64,000 nt of DNA from a bacterium. Its GTDB lineage: Bacteria > UBA8248. The notes beneath the pieces are model-generated. The model made no database searches. It saw only the letters and a list, made by a program, of their open reading frames with translations, and was not told where the DNA came from. How positions within the stretch are numbered: position 1 is the stretch's first letter; each line of letters opens with the position of its first letter. Below, one piece after another: positions 16,643 through 26,953 of the stretch. The stretch spans positions 320,001 through 384,000 of the forward strand of contig CBDATS010000008.1 in assembly GCA_965200245.1 (NCBI GenBank), written 5' to 3'. The translations under genes were made by a program, and so were the position numbers.

Positions 16643-17698
16643 TCACAAGAGCGTCTCTTGTTTCCTGGACATCACCAGGGCCGCACGGCCGGTGACGAGT
16701 CCCTCTCTCAGGCGTTCATGTGCGAGATTCGCTTCCTCGAGCGGGTATATCTCGCTGACAAGCGGCCAGACATCGCCACGCGCCACGAGTTCGAGCGAGT
16801 CGACGACCTCTTGCCTTGTAGCGTAGCGGCTGCCCATGATCTGCTGCTCCTCGCGGAGAAACTCGCGCGGGGAGAAGGGAAACCGCTCTATTTGGTTCGC
16901 TCCCATGGCGAGGAAACGTCCCCCCTTGCCGAGGCCGCGCAGGCCGCCCACGACCCCTTCTGCGGTGCAGACGAAATCAACGATTACGTCCACCCCCGCG
17001 CCCCCGGTCAAATCCCTGAGCGCCTCCTCGAGATTTTCTTTCGACGTGTCCACCGTGTCGTGCGCGCCCATGTCGCGGCATTTGCCCAGCTTCTCGCTCG
17101 CGATGTCCACGGCGATAACGCGGGCGCCCGCCCAGCGGACCATCATTACCATGTGGATTCCCACGCCGCCTCCCGCGCCCACTACGGCCACGTTCTCCAT
17201 CGGGCGCACGTCCGCATGACGGAGGACCTTGTAGGGTGTGGCCACGGCGTCGGAGATGACGCCTACCTCGGCGGGATGCGCCTGGTAGTCCAGCCCCTCG
17301 GGCAGGGGGATGAAGTTCCTGGCCGGCAGTTTGATATAATTGGCGTAGCCGCCGTCTATCTGGCGGCCAACTTGGCCGACGAGGTTCTCGCACAAGGTCT
17401 CGCGGTTCACGCGGCACCAGCGACAGCGCCCGCAAGTGAGGTAATAATACGCCGTCACGGCGTCACCTTCCCCGAGCTCTTTTACTCCTGTACCCACTTG
17501 GGTGATTTCTGCGGTGATCTCATGACCGATCACGAGCGGGAAATTCCCGCCCATATTCCCTGCCCGCGTGTGCTCGATCGTAAGCCCCGCGCCGCAGGCC
17601 AGCACCCGGGCCACGGCTTCGCCCGGCCCCGCCTCAGGGATGGGCCGTTCCTCCGGAACGAAGGATGCGCCCGGTTCCGTCAATACCATCGCCTTCAT
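16643..17698 (-). CDS. Zinc-dependent alcohol dehydrogenase (MDR family)
   Basis: GHE motif, CGRCRWC..C zinc cluster, GAGGGVG. Confidence 0.88.
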   Translation of the reverse strand: MKAMVLTEPGASFVPEERPIPEAGPGEAVARVLACGAGLTIEHTRAGNMGGNFPLVIGHEITAEITQVGTGVKELGEGDAVTAYYYLTCGRCRWCRVNRETLCENLVGQVGRQIDGGYANYIKLPARNFIPLPEGLDYQAHPAEVGVISDAVATPYKVLRHADVRPMENVAVVGAGGGVGIHMVMMVRWAGARVIAVDIASEKLGKCRDMGAHDTVDTSKENLEEALRDLTGGAGVDVIVDFVCTAEGVVGGLRGLGKGGRFLAMGANQIERFPFSPREFLREEQQIMGSRYATRQEVVDSLELVARGDVWPLVSEIYPLEEANLAHERLREGLVTGRAALVMSRKQETLL

Positions 17699-17796
17699 GT
17701 CGTCTCCTGCTATGGGACCAAGTTATCTGCAGTATAAGACCTCGTACCCCTGCGAGATAACGCGCGGGGGAAAATTCGCCGGATTCTCGGATTTCG

Positions 17797-18786
17797 TTAG
17801 TCGATTCGTATCTCTTCCGCCCATTCGTGGTTGGCCACGTACCATTCCACCAGATGCGCGAGCCCCTCTGCAAGACTCACCCGGGGTCGCCAGCCCAGAA
17901 GTCTCTCCGCCTTCTCGATGTTCGCCCACGTGGTCTTGACGTCGGCGGGGTTCGTCTCTTCATGGTGGATGCAGGCTTTTTTCCCGACAAGGGTTTCGAT
18001 ACGGACGATAGCGTCGTTCAGGGCGACGGGCCCGTCCGACCCCAGATTGATGATCTCGTAAGAGAGCGGTTTGATGGCCGCTATCGTGCCCCTTGCGATG
18101 TCGTCCACGTAGGTAAAATCGCGTGATTGCGTTCCGTCTCCATAGACGAGCGCGGGTTTCCCCTCGGCTATCCACTGCGTGAAGCGGAAGAGACTCATGT
18201 CGGGTCGTCCTGCCGGGCCGTAGACGGTGAAATAGCGAAGCACCGTCACGTCGATATCGAACAGATGGTGATAGGTGTGGCAAAGTGTCTCGGCCGCTTT
18301 CTTGGAAGCTGCGTAGGGCGATAGCGGCCTGTCGCTCGGGGCGTCTTCACGAAAAGGCGCGGGTGTGTCTGCCCCGTAAGCGCTCGAGGTGGAAGCAAGC
18401 ACGAACTTGGTGATGCCGGAATCCCTGCACAACTCAAGCAGGTTCAGTGTGCCGGTTACGTTCGTTTCGAAATACGCCCGGGGATCCTCGATGGATTGGC
18501 GTACCCCCGCTCGAGCGGCCAGGTTCAGGACAGCGTCAAAAGGCGGCGCGGCGCCCTTGATTTCCGCAAACAAGGCGCGCAGGGGTTCGATGCGGCTCAC
18601 GTCCAGATGGTGGAACAAGAAGCACGGGCGTTCTTCCAGACGCTTGAGACGGTAGTGTTTGAAGCGAACGTCGTAGGCGTCGTTCATGTTGTCGATCCCC
18701 ACAACGGTGTGGCCTTTATCCAGCAGGAACTCGCACACCTTCGAGGCGATGAAGCCTGCGGCACCTGTGACGAGGTATCTGGCCAA
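17797..18786 (-). CDS. NAD-dependent epimerase (UDP-glucuronate 4-epimerase-like)
   Basis: TGAAGFI, NLAARAGVRQS, YAASK, RYFTVYGPAGRPDM. Confidence 0.88.
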   Translation of the reverse strand: MARYLVTGAAGFIASKVCEFLLDKGHTVVGIDNMNDAYDVRFKHYRLKRLEERPCFLFHHLDVSRIEPLRALFAEIKGAAPPFDAVLNLAARAGVRQSIEDPRAYFETNVTGTLNLLELCRDSGITKFVLASTSSAYGADTPAPFREDAPSDRPLSPYAASKKAAETLCHTYHHLFDIDVTVLRYFTVYGPAGRPDMSLFRFTQWIAEGKPALVYGDGTQSRDFTYVDDIARGTIAAIKPLSYEIINLGSDGPVALNDAIVRIETLVGKKACIHHEETNPADVKTTWANIEKAERLLGWRPRVSLAEGLAHLVEWYVANHEWAEEIRID

Positions 18787-19004
18787 AATGGGTTTCTCCT
18801 CACAACTGACTCGTTGGTGGTAGAGTAAGGCTATCAGGGGTCGGCGGTTGTGGCAAAACGGGCGAGGGGACTGCGCGGCATATCGGTACCGTCGTTTTTT
18901 ATTTCAGCATAACTCGGCCCGTGGTTGAAATCCGCGCTACGATCCGTGATGGTTGGCTTTCCGCGGGAGCGGTGCATTTTAGGTTTTGGGGATTGGGGTT
19001 TTAG

Positions 19005-19934
19005 ATGGCGAACGTGGTGGTAACCGGAGGTGCAGGTTTCATCGGCTCACATGTAGCGGAAGCCTGCCTGGAAGCGGGCGATTCCGTCTGGGTGGCGGAT
19101 AATCTGACCTCGGGTCTGGTGGAGGATGTTGCACCGGGCGCGGTTTTTTGCGAGGGCGATGTGGCCGATGTTTCGTTCATGCGCCGCGTGGTGGAAGAGG
19201 CGCAACCAGGTGTCATCCACCACCTGGCGGCCCAGTCGAGCGTGACGAACAGCCTGGCCGATCCGTTGTGCGACGCGCGTGCGAATATCCTGGGCACATT
19301 GAGCATTCACGAAGCGGCCAGGAACATGGATGTGGTGCCCCGGGTCGTCTACGCCGCCACGGGTGGGGCGTGTTACGGGGATCCCGAAGAGGAGATTGTG
19401 GATGAGAGCCACCCCCTCGCCCCCGTATCCCACTACGGGATGAGCAAGGTGGCTGGCGAGCGGTATCTCGCATTTTACGGGGAGCATTTCGGGCTTCCTG
19501 TCGTCTCGCTGCGCCTCGCCAACGTCTATGGTCCAAGGCAGCGCCCAACGCTTGATGCGGGTGTGGTATCGATTTTCGCAGAAAAACTGGATAAAGGTGA
19601 ACCCCTCACCCTCTATGGACACGGACGTGCAGGACGGGACTACGTCTACGTGGAGGACGTGGCGGCAGCGTTCTTGAGGGCGGCGCAGGGTGGCGTGGAC
19701 GGCGGGGCCTACAACATCGGTACGGGCGTTGTCACCGATGTGGAGGCGCTGCTCGACATCCTCTGCCGCCTCATGGGGAAAACGCCCGTGAGTGTGAAGC
19801 GTGCGCCCCTGCGTCCGAGTGAGGTGTTCAGAATAGGCCTCGACGCGAGTGCGTTCGAACGAGGGACTGGCTGGCGGCCCCGCTGCACGCTCGAGGAGGG
19901 GGTTGGCGCTTTCCTGGAATCGCTGGAGGCTTAA
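19005..19934 (+). CDS. NAD-dependent epimerase/dehydratase (UDP-glucose 4-epimerase-like)
   Basis: TGGAGFIGSH, HLAAQ, YGMSK, NVYGPRQ, RDYVYV. Confidence 0.88.
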   Translation: MANVVVTGGAGFIGSHVAEACLEAGDSVWVADNLTSGLVEDVAPGAVFCEGDVADVSFMRRVVEEAQPGVIHHLAAQSSVTNSLADPLCDARANILGTLSIHEAARNMDVVPRVVYAATGGACYGDPEEEIVDESHPLAPVSHYGMSKVAGERYLAFYGEHFGLPVVSLRLANVYGPRQRPTLDAGVVSIFAEKLDKGEPLTLYGHGRAGRDYVYVEDVAAAFLRAAQGGVDGGAYNIGTGVVTDVEALLDILCRLMGKTPVSVKRAPLRPSEVFRIGLDASAFERGTGWRPRCTLEEGVGAFLESLEA

Positions 19935-20356
19935 GACGGCAGGCGGCCGTATACGCGTTCGGGCGTCACCAGCACGGCGACCGCACCTTGGTCCATCATC
20001 GCTTGATCGTATTCGTCCCAGTCGGGGTGGTCCGAATCCCCGCAGGCGCGGTATACCTCGCGGAACATCACGCGCATCTCCCCTTTTTCGGTGTTCCCGT
20101 AGTCGAAAAGTCTGGCTTTTCCTTCCACGCTCACCCAGGTGCGCCAGTCGGGGGTGACGTAGACCACCGTACACTGGGGATTCGCGCGCAGGTTCTTGAG
20201 CTTCACTGACCAGCCGCGAACGATGACGAATGCGGCGCAATTCTCATATGCCCCGCACACGATGATGCTCGATTGTGCCGTGCCGTCCGGCCTTAAGCTC
20301 GTAACCATGCCCTTGTGGTTTTTTTCCATAAACAGCCTTGCATCTTCGAAGTTCAT
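19931..20356 (-). CDS. PPOX-class (pyridoxamine 5'-phosphate oxidase-like) putative F420-dependent oxidoreductase
   Basis: TSLRPDG, KLKNLRANP, WVSVEG, HPDWDEY; start at ATG 20356. Confidence 0.8.
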   Translation of the reverse strand: MNFEDARLFMEKNHKGMVTSLRPDGTAQSSIIVCGAYENCAAFVIVRGWSVKLKNLRANPQCTVVYVTPDWRTWVSVEGKARLFDYGNTEKGEMRVMFREVYRACGDSDHPDWDEYDQAMMDQGAVAVLVTPERVYGRLPS

Positions 20357-20443
20357 GAGATACCTCGCTTGGAATGTGAGAGAAACGAATTTTCGCCATT
20401 GTAGCAAAACTCGACCGGAAACGACTTCATAAGGAGAGCCCCT

Positions 20444-20971
20444 GTGAACCGACTCGCGTCGCTTGAACCCGAGAACATGCCATCCAGACAACGTGATGCC
20501 TATGAGGAACTTATTGCCAACCAGCGCGGCGGCGTGCGTGGACCTTTTGGGGTATGGGTGAGAAGCCCCGGCCTCGTCATCGCCCTTCGCGGGCTGATGA
20601 AGTTTTATTACGAAGAAAGCGTCATCACGGAAGACATACGCGAGCTCGCCATCATTATCACCACGCGTCATTTTGGGGCGACCTACGCCTTCTCCGCTCA
20701 CGAGGCACAGGCATTGGACAGCGGACTGACGCCCGCTCTCGTGGCAGCCGTGATGGCGCAGGAAACACCCACGGAGGGCACGTTACTTGAGCTTTGCGTG
20801 TACCGGTATTGCAAGGAATTACTCGATACGAAGAAGGCATCCGACGATGTCTACCGGGAGGCGTTTGCCCTTCTCGGGGAAAAGGGCGTTGTCGAACTCA
20901 CCGCTCTCGTGGGCTTTTATTCGGCCATCTCCCTGACTTTGAACGCTTTTGAAATTCCGCCGGTGACGTGA
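20444..20971 (+). CDS. Carboxymuconolactone decarboxylase/AhpD-like family protein
   Basis: RGPFGVWVRSP, RELAII, AHEAQA, VELTALVGFY. Confidence 0.8.
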   Translation: MNRLASLEPENMPSRQRDAYEELIANQRGGVRGPFGVWVRSPGLVIALRGLMKFYYEESVITEDIRELAIIITTRHFGATYAFSAHEAQALDSGLTPALVAAVMAQETPTEGTLLELCVYRYCKELLDTKKASDDVYREAFALLGEKGVVELTALVGFYSAISLTLNAFEIPPVT

Positions 20972-21014
20972 GTGGGGAGATTCGCTACGCCAGCGTTTGT
21001 TCTCCTGGTCTCCC

Positions 21015-22538
21015 TTACTCAGGCACCCGGCCACTGCGCTGGGTCATGCCCAGTAGTCTCTCCTGGATTTTCTCGTTCCATGCGCCAGCCCGCATGCGCC
21101 AGATCCAGTTGCCTCGCGGGACGCCGGGGCGATTCATACGCCCCTCGTTGCCGAGCCCCAATACGTCCTGGCCGGGGATAATGGCGAGAGCGGCTTGTGA
21201 TTTCATCGCCGCGCGGATCATCGACCAGTGGATGTCCTCGGGTTCACCGCCGAAGGTCCTGAGTGCCGTGGCACGCGAGATGGCGAAGCCAGCAGGAGTT
21301 TCGTTGTGTAGAATCGGATCCGCGCCGTGAAACCAGCCTTGGGCGGTGTCGTTGTCGTGTGTGCCGGTGTAGACCACCGCGTTCTCGGGGATGTTGTGGG
21401 GCAGGTGGGGGTTATCCGGGCTGCCGTCAAAAGCGAACTGCAGAACGTGCATGCTGGGCAGACCAAATCGATCTCTGAGGTCGTGAACGTCGTCTCCCAC
21501 CGAACCCAGGTCTTCTGCGATGAGCGGCAGATAGCCCAATTCCTCTTCCAGGGCGCTGAAAAAGGCCTCCCCCGGTCCCTCGCGCCAAGTCCCGTCTTTG
21601 GGTGATTCCGCATCGGCCGGAATTGTCCAGAATCGCGCGAAGCCGATGAAGTGATCGAGACGCAAAACGTCGAAACGGGCGATGTTCACGGCGAGGCGCA
21701 TCTTCCACCAGGCGAAATTCTCCTCGCGGTGCGCGGCCCAGTCGTAGAGGGGATTCCCCCAGTGCTGGCCCTCCTCGTTGAAGTAATCGGGCGGCGCGCC
21801 CGCATAGGCGGTCGGCCAGCGTGATTCGTCAAGTTCGAACAGGTGTGTCTGCGCCCATACATCCGCCGAATCATGGGCGACGTAGATGGGGATGTCGCCG
21901 ATGAAACCGACCCCTTTGTTTGCGGCATGTTCCTTGAGGTCACGCCACTGACGGTCGAAAAGAAACTGCTCGAAATGTGTGTAGCGGATGTTTTTTTCGA
22001 ACCCGGAGGTATCGGGACAGCGTTCCCTGGCGTCCCTGGGCCAATCCCACCAAGGGGAACCGCCGAAAGCGCGTTTGAGTGCCTGGAACCTTGCGTAATC
22101 GGTCAGCCAGCCGCCCTGGACTTCGCAAAATCCGGAATACGCCGCGTCATTCGTTCCGCCGCCGTTCGAGAATGCCTCGAAAGCCTGGGACAGTAGAGAT
22201 TCATGTGTTTCGAGTGCCTGGGCCAGTCCTGTTTCCCCTTCGGCGGGGCGGTGGGTTTTCAGGGCTTTCGCGGAGAGAAGGCCATCTACCACGAGTCTTT
22301 CGAGAGATATCAGCAGCGGGTTTCCCGCAAAAGTGGATGAGGAAACGTAGGGAGAACCCATCTCGTCGGTGGGGCATACAGGCAGCATCTGCCACCAACT
22401 CTGGCCGGAGGATGCGAGCAGATCGACGAATTCGAAAGCTGTGGGTCCCAAGTCGCCGAAACCCGCTCCGTTTGGCAGCGAGGTGGGGTGGAGCAAGATA
22501 CCGCTCCTTCTGGCGTGAAGCGGATTCTCAAGGCTCAT
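21015..22538 (-). CDS. malQ: 4-alpha-glucanotransferase (amylomaltase, GH77)
   Basis: GILLHPTSLP, WQMLP, GDIPIYV, GQHWGNPLY, RLDHF, IAEDLG, YTGTHDNDT. Confidence 0.95.
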   Translation of the reverse strand: MSLENPLHARRSGILLHPTSLPNGAGFGDLGPTAFEFVDLLASSGQSWWQMLPVCPTDEMGSPYVSSSTFAGNPLLISLERLVVDGLLSAKALKTHRPAEGETGLAQALETHESLLSQAFEAFSNGGGTNDAAYSGFCEVQGGWLTDYARFQALKRAFGGSPWWDWPRDARERCPDTSGFEKNIRYTHFEQFLFDRQWRDLKEHAANKGVGFIGDIPIYVAHDSADVWAQTHLFELDESRWPTAYAGAPPDYFNEEGQHWGNPLYDWAAHREENFAWWKMRLAVNIARFDVLRLDHFIGFARFWTIPADAESPKDGTWREGPGEAFFSALEEELGYLPLIAEDLGSVGDDVHDLRDRFGLPSMHVLQFAFDGSPDNPHLPHNIPENAVVYTGTHDNDTAQGWFHGADPILHNETPAGFAISRATALRTFGGEPEDIHWSMIRAAMKSQAALAIIPGQDVLGLGNEGRMNRPGVPRGNWIWRMRAGAWNEKIQERLLGMTQRSGRVPE

Positions 22539-22659
22539 TTTCTGCCCGTTCACATGAAAAGGTTTGGTTGCGCTTTCGATACCTCCCGTGACGGCTTCGC
22601 CGCCTGCATGATCATATCGCATGGACGCGACGCTTGTTCAAGCCCCGGAAGGTTTTGGC

Positions 22660-23760
22660 CTAGTGCCCCTCTCCCAGGGGGAGCTTCACGGTCTCGCCGG
22701 TGCGGGCCGATTCCTCCATGGCGATGGTCACTTCCAGAGTCTGGCGCGCGTCCTCCGCCGTGGCGAGGTGGCAGGGTCGCCCCGTTGCGAGGTGATCCAG
22801 CCAATTCCTGGTCTCGTCGCCTATGGGGCCGTACATGGTGTCGAGCGCCCAGTCGCCAGACGACGTGCTGCCAAGAAAGACCATTGGCAGGTGGTGGTCA
22901 GGCACATATGCGTGAGGATAGCCCTTTTCGGTGTAGAGGATGTTCTCCTTGTGGTCTTCGTCGAAGAGCATCACACCTTCGGTGCCGATGACTTCCAGGC
23001 GAATGCTCTGCCCCGCCGTGGGGTATTTTGCGGGAAGGGCGTAGCAGATGCCGAGGTTCACACTCGCACCGTCGGCGAAGGTGATGATCGACCAACTCAC
23101 GTCGTCCACCTTGGGATAGCCCGCCTCTCTGAAGACGAAGCCACCGCCCCGGCACACGACCTCGACAGGCGGGTTTCCCTCCATGAACCAGCACATCATG
23201 TCGACCCAATAGGTGAGCACGTCGAGGACGGGAGTGGCGTCGGCGGAGCGCTTGAGTATCTCGAAAGCCTGTGCCCTGGTGTTGAACACGCGGCCCGTAG
23301 CGCCGATGATTTTTCCCAGGCGGTCTTCCCTGATTTGTTCTTTCCCCAGAAAATAGCGCCGCTTGTAGCGCATGATGTAGCCCACGCGGAGATCCGTCTT
23401 GTATTTCTCTGCTACGCTCAAGAGCCTGTCGGCATCCTCCAATGTCATGGCGATGGGTTTTTCCACGGGCACGGACTTTCCGAGTTCCAGCGCCTGAATC
23501 ACCGGCTCCACGTGCGCGTATTCCGAAGTCGAGACGATGACGGCACTCACATCGGGATGGGAAATAATCTCCTCATTGTTACCCGAAGTCACCTGCGCGC
23601 CGACACGGGTACCCAGGGCTTTCGCCAGTTCAGGCTCGGCGTCAGAAATCGCCAGAAAGCGAACGGCGGGGTGCTGCGCGGCGAGACGCGAGCGGTGCGT
23701 TCCAATGCGTCCGGCACCCACGACGGCGACGCCGAGTTCCTTCCTCTCGAAAAGCGCCAA
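22660..23760 (-). CDS. Gfo/Idh/MocA family oxidoreductase
   Basis: VVGAGRIG, EKP motif. Confidence 0.85.
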   Translation of the reverse strand: MALFERKELGVAVVGAGRIGTHRSRLAAQHPAVRFLAISDAEPELAKALGTRVGAQVTSGNNEEIISHPDVSAVIVSTSEYAHVEPVIQALELGKSVPVEKPIAMTLEDADRLLSVAEKYKTDLRVGYIMRYKRRYFLGKEQIREDRLGKIIGATGRVFNTRAQAFEILKRSADATPVLDVLTYWVDMMCWFMEGNPPVEVVCRGGGFVFREAGYPKVDDVSWSIITFADGASVNLGICYALPAKYPTAGQSIRLEVIGTEGVMLFDEDHKENILYTEKGYPHAYVPDHHLPMVFLGSTSSGDWALDTMYGPIGDETRNWLDHLATGRPCHLATAEDARQTLEVTIAMEESARTGETVKLPLGEGH

Positions 23761-23907
23761 GACGATCCTCCGGAGTGAAGTGCAATGGAAAAGACGTGGA
23801 CATTCTACGTCGCGCGTCTCTCGCCTTCAATCAGAAAGCAGGAGACGCGGTCTCGACCCCAGATTGCTGGTGGTTACTGCGTGCTGCCGGAATCGGGAGC
23901 GCGCATC

Positions 23908-25137
23908 TCAAAGCAGCAGGCGTTCGTCCATGCGCGAGCGCGTCAGTACCTCATGCCCGTCCTCTGTGATGAGCACTGTCTCCTCGATGCGCACACCGCC
24001 TCCTCCAGGCACGTCGGGTACCCAGATTAGCGGCTCGATGGCGAATACCATGCCCGGTTCCAGGTCCACCTCTTCGGAATCGGGGTCGGGTTCTCCGATG
24101 TAGGGAGGCTCATTGGGCGAGGTTCCCACCGCGTGGCCGATGCTGAGCGAGAACCAGTTCTTTCGCAAACCATACTTCTCGCCCGTCTCCCAGATTCGCT
24201 CGGCCACCTGTTTGTTCGAAAACCCGGGGCGGGTGCGCTCAAGACCCAGCTGAAGGGATTCATGCACGGCGGTGTATATCTCCTTTTGCCGTTTCGAGGG
24301 TTTGCCGCAGATCATCGTCCGGGCCACATCGCCGAAATATCCGTTCCACTGCGCGCCGATGTCGATGAACACCAAATCGCCGTTACGGATAATCTTGTCG
24401 CTAGCGAAGCGGCAGGGCGGCGACATGTGCTCGCCCGAGGCGACAAAGGGGGAAACCAGGTGCGCCATTTCGCCCCCATAGTGGTGGAGCACTTTCATAG
24501 CGTCTGCGGCCACGTCGCACTCGCGTTTTCCGGTACGCACGCTGTCCATGGCCTCTTCGTTCACGGCGTCGGCAATCGCGCAAGCCTCGCGGATCATGTA
24601 GACCTCCTCGGGCACCTTGTGTCTGCGCACCTTGTGCATGAACGAATCGCCGTTCACGAACTCCACGTCGTCCAGATATTTCCGGTAAGCGCTGAACTGG
24701 ATGAACGTCATGAGGTCAAGGCCCACCCGTTTACCGATCAGGCCGAGTTCCTCAAAGAGGGGACGCAGGCTCTCGCGGACCATCTTGTCCACGAGGGGTT
24801 GTTCCTCCATCTTCGCGAGGTGATGGAACTTCTCTATCCAGGGCATGTCGCGCGAAACGCGGGGTATCTCGCCCCCGTTGGTCATGATGTGCGCCTTGCC
24901 CTCTCGCGGGAGGATGACGGCGTTTCTCGTTCCTTCGCGGTGTGCCAGAAAAGAAGATCGCATGCTCGTAAGGTAACGTACGTTCTCGACCTTCCAGAGG
25001 AAGAGGGCGTCGATGTCCTGCTCGGCCATTGCCTTTTGCGCCCTGTCCACGCGCTTTTGGCGAAGCGCGCCCACATCGACACGCTCCTCGTAGTCGACGA
25101 TGAATTGGCCTCGCGCGAATCCCGGCATGAGTTTCAT
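23908..25137 (-). CDS. M24 family (Xaa-Pro) peptidase
   Basis: Metal ligands present: FIDIG, GDVART, GHAVG, AIEP, RIEET. Confidence 0.88.
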   Translation of the reverse strand: MKLMPGFARGQFIVDYEERVDVGALRQKRVDRAQKAMAEQDIDALFLWKVENVRYLTSMRSSFLAHREGTRNAVILPREGKAHIMTNGGEIPRVSRDMPWIEKFHHLAKMEEQPLVDKMVRESLRPLFEELGLIGKRVGLDLMTFIQFSAYRKYLDDVEFVNGDSFMHKVRRHKVPEEVYMIREACAIADAVNEEAMDSVRTGKRECDVAADAMKVLHHYGGEMAHLVSPFVASGEHMSPPCRFASDKIIRNGDLVFIDIGAQWNGYFGDVARTMICGKPSKRQKEIYTAVHESLQLGLERTRPGFSNKQVAERIWETGEKYGLRKNWFSLSIGHAVGTSPNEPPYIGEPDPDSEEVDLEPGMVFAIEPLIWVPDVPGGGGVRIEETVLITEDGHEVLTRSRMDERLLL

Positions 25138-25218
25138 CTCCCGTAGTGGGGACGTCTGCGCGGCGGGTATGGAAACCTGCGATTGACGCCCCGTATGTAT
25201 TGCATGAAAAATGAACCG

Positions 25219-25602
25219 TTATTCAGGTTCTTCCACCAGTTCGATCACGACGTTGTCGGGCGCGATGATGAAAGCTGTCCGTGAACCCAGAACACCATCG
25301 CCCGGTTTTTTCGTGAAGACAACGCCCGCCTTCTCGAGGCGTTCGGCAACCTCGTCAAGGCCCGCCACCTGGATTCCGAAGTGGTGGAGACCGCGTCCCA
25401 CCTTCGCCATCGAATCGTCCTCATCGGCTCTCAAGCCGCGAATGCGGATTTCCACCTCGCCCAACATGACGCTGATGTAGGGGGATCCACGGTATTCGAT
25501 CTCGGGCGTGAACAACTCGCCGTCGAAGTGGTTGATATAGAAATCCGCCGCCGCCTGCGGGTCCTTGGCGACGTGGTGCACGTGATGAGTTCGTGACGCC
25601 AC
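25219..25602 (-). CDS. VOC/glyoxalase family protein
   Basis: HHVHH, GLHHFGI, APDNVVIELVE; GTG start 25602 with GGAGG RBS. Confidence 0.85.
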   Translation of the reverse strand: MASRTHHVHHVAKDPQAAADFYINHFDGELFTPEIEYRGSPYISVMLGEVEIRIRGLRADEDDSMAKVGRGLHHFGIQVAGLDEVAERLEKAGVVFTKKPGDGVLGSRTAFIIAPDNVVIELVEEPE

Positions 25603-25630
25603 CCTGTTTCCTCCCTTGTTCTCGGTGGGC

Positions 25631-26908
25631 CTATAGGCCGTCGCCAACGGAGACATATGCGCCGCCGGGCACGGGGTTTTCATCGCCGCTTCGTGCGCCC
25701 CACTCGCCGGTGATGGCGTACATCGCGCGTACCTTCTTCATGTTGTTGCCGCCGTCGCTCGAAAATAGCATGTTGTGCGTGTCACGGAACCATTTTTCCA
25801 GGAAATTCTCGCGTTGCACGCCCACGCCCGCGTGAATCTCCATCGCCATCTTTGTAACGTCACACGAGATTTCATGCGCGAAGGCGCTGGCGGTGAGCGT
25901 CATGGGCGGGTCGATGGGAATCTCGTGTCGCATGTCCTGGCGCCACGCCGCATAGTGTACGTAGGCCCGCGCTGCCTGGATTTTCGTGTACATGTCGACG
26001 AGTTTGATGCCGACCGACTGGTGATGTGCGATGGGGCGTCCACTCTGGATGCGACCTTTCGCGAATTCGAGCGATTTCTCATACGCCGCGCGCGCCACGC
26101 CAATCTGGCCCGCCGCGTTGATGAGGGCGTCGCCGCGCAGGTGACGCCTGATGTAGGAGACGCCACAGTTCTCGGGGCCCAGTCGGTACTTGGCGGGGAT
26201 TATCGCGTTATCGAAAATGATCTCCGCATTCTGGTTCAGACGGTAGCCCATCTTGTTGTGCACCTTGCCCATCTTCACGCCGGGTGCGTCCATGGGCACC
26301 ATGAGGAGCGAAGCGCCCTGCTCGACGCCTACGTCGGGATTCGTGCGCACGAACGTGAACATGAGCCGCGCCCAGCCCACGTTGGAGATAAAGTGTTTTT
26401 TCCCATTCACAATGTAGTTGTCCCCGTCGAGCACGGCGGTGGTCTGGTATCCGCCGTCTGCTCCGTTGTAGGGGATCTGGTTCTCGGACCCCGAAACAGG
26501 CTCGGTAGTCGCCGTGCCGATCAAGAACGTGGGGTCGTTCACGTACTCGCGCATCCAGTAGTCCGCCAGTTCCGGGTCTCCCAAAAGCTCGCTTGAGAGG
26601 ATGTGGGAGATCTTTGTGGAAGAGAGCATGAATCCCGTGGCACCCCTGTCGCCCCAGGATATCTCCTCGCCCACAATGCAGTGGGTGAGCAGGTCGTCCA
26701 CGCCGCCGCCGCCGTATTCCTTGGGGATACTCATCGTTCTGAGACCCGTCTTGTCGAGTTTTTCGAGAAGATGGGGCATGTAGGCGCATTCCAGCGGGTC
26801 TTCCTTGTGGTCCAGTTCCAGGCTGATGGGCCGGATTTCGTCCCGCGCGAATTCATGCGCGACTCTTTGGTACTCTTTTTGCTCATCCGTCATTCGGTAG
26901 TCGTACAT
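25631..26908 (-). CDS. Acyl-CoA dehydrogenase family protein
   Basis: IPKEYGGGG, TEP..GS, NGKKHFISN, KMGYR, RIQSGRPI, EIHAGVG. Confidence 0.9.
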   Translation of the reverse strand: MYDYRMTDEQKEYQRVAHEFARDEIRPISLELDHKEDPLECAYMPHLLEKLDKTGLRTMSIPKEYGGGGVDDLLTHCIVGEEISWGDRGATGFMLSSTKISHILSSELLGDPELADYWMREYVNDPTFLIGTATTEPVSGSENQIPYNGADGGYQTTAVLDGDNYIVNGKKHFISNVGWARLMFTFVRTNPDVGVEQGASLLMVPMDAPGVKMGKVHNKMGYRLNQNAEIIFDNAIIPAKYRLGPENCGVSYIRRHLRGDALINAAGQIGVARAAYEKSLEFAKGRIQSGRPIAHHQSVGIKLVDMYTKIQAARAYVHYAAWRQDMRHEIPIDPPMTLTASAFAHEISCDVTKMAMEIHAGVGVQRENFLEKWFRDTHNMLFSSDGGNNMKKVRAMYAITGEWGARSGDENPVPGGAYVSVGDGL

Positions 26909-26953
26909 CGGTCTCCTTCCTTCCCAGGTGAAGGCGGGTTTGTCCCGCCGTGT

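Noticed and set aside
16337-17737. Long antisense ORFs (466 aa here; also 22621-23778, 30283-31500, 61310-62722)
   Set aside because: Shadow ORFs opposite well-supported genes, expected at high GC
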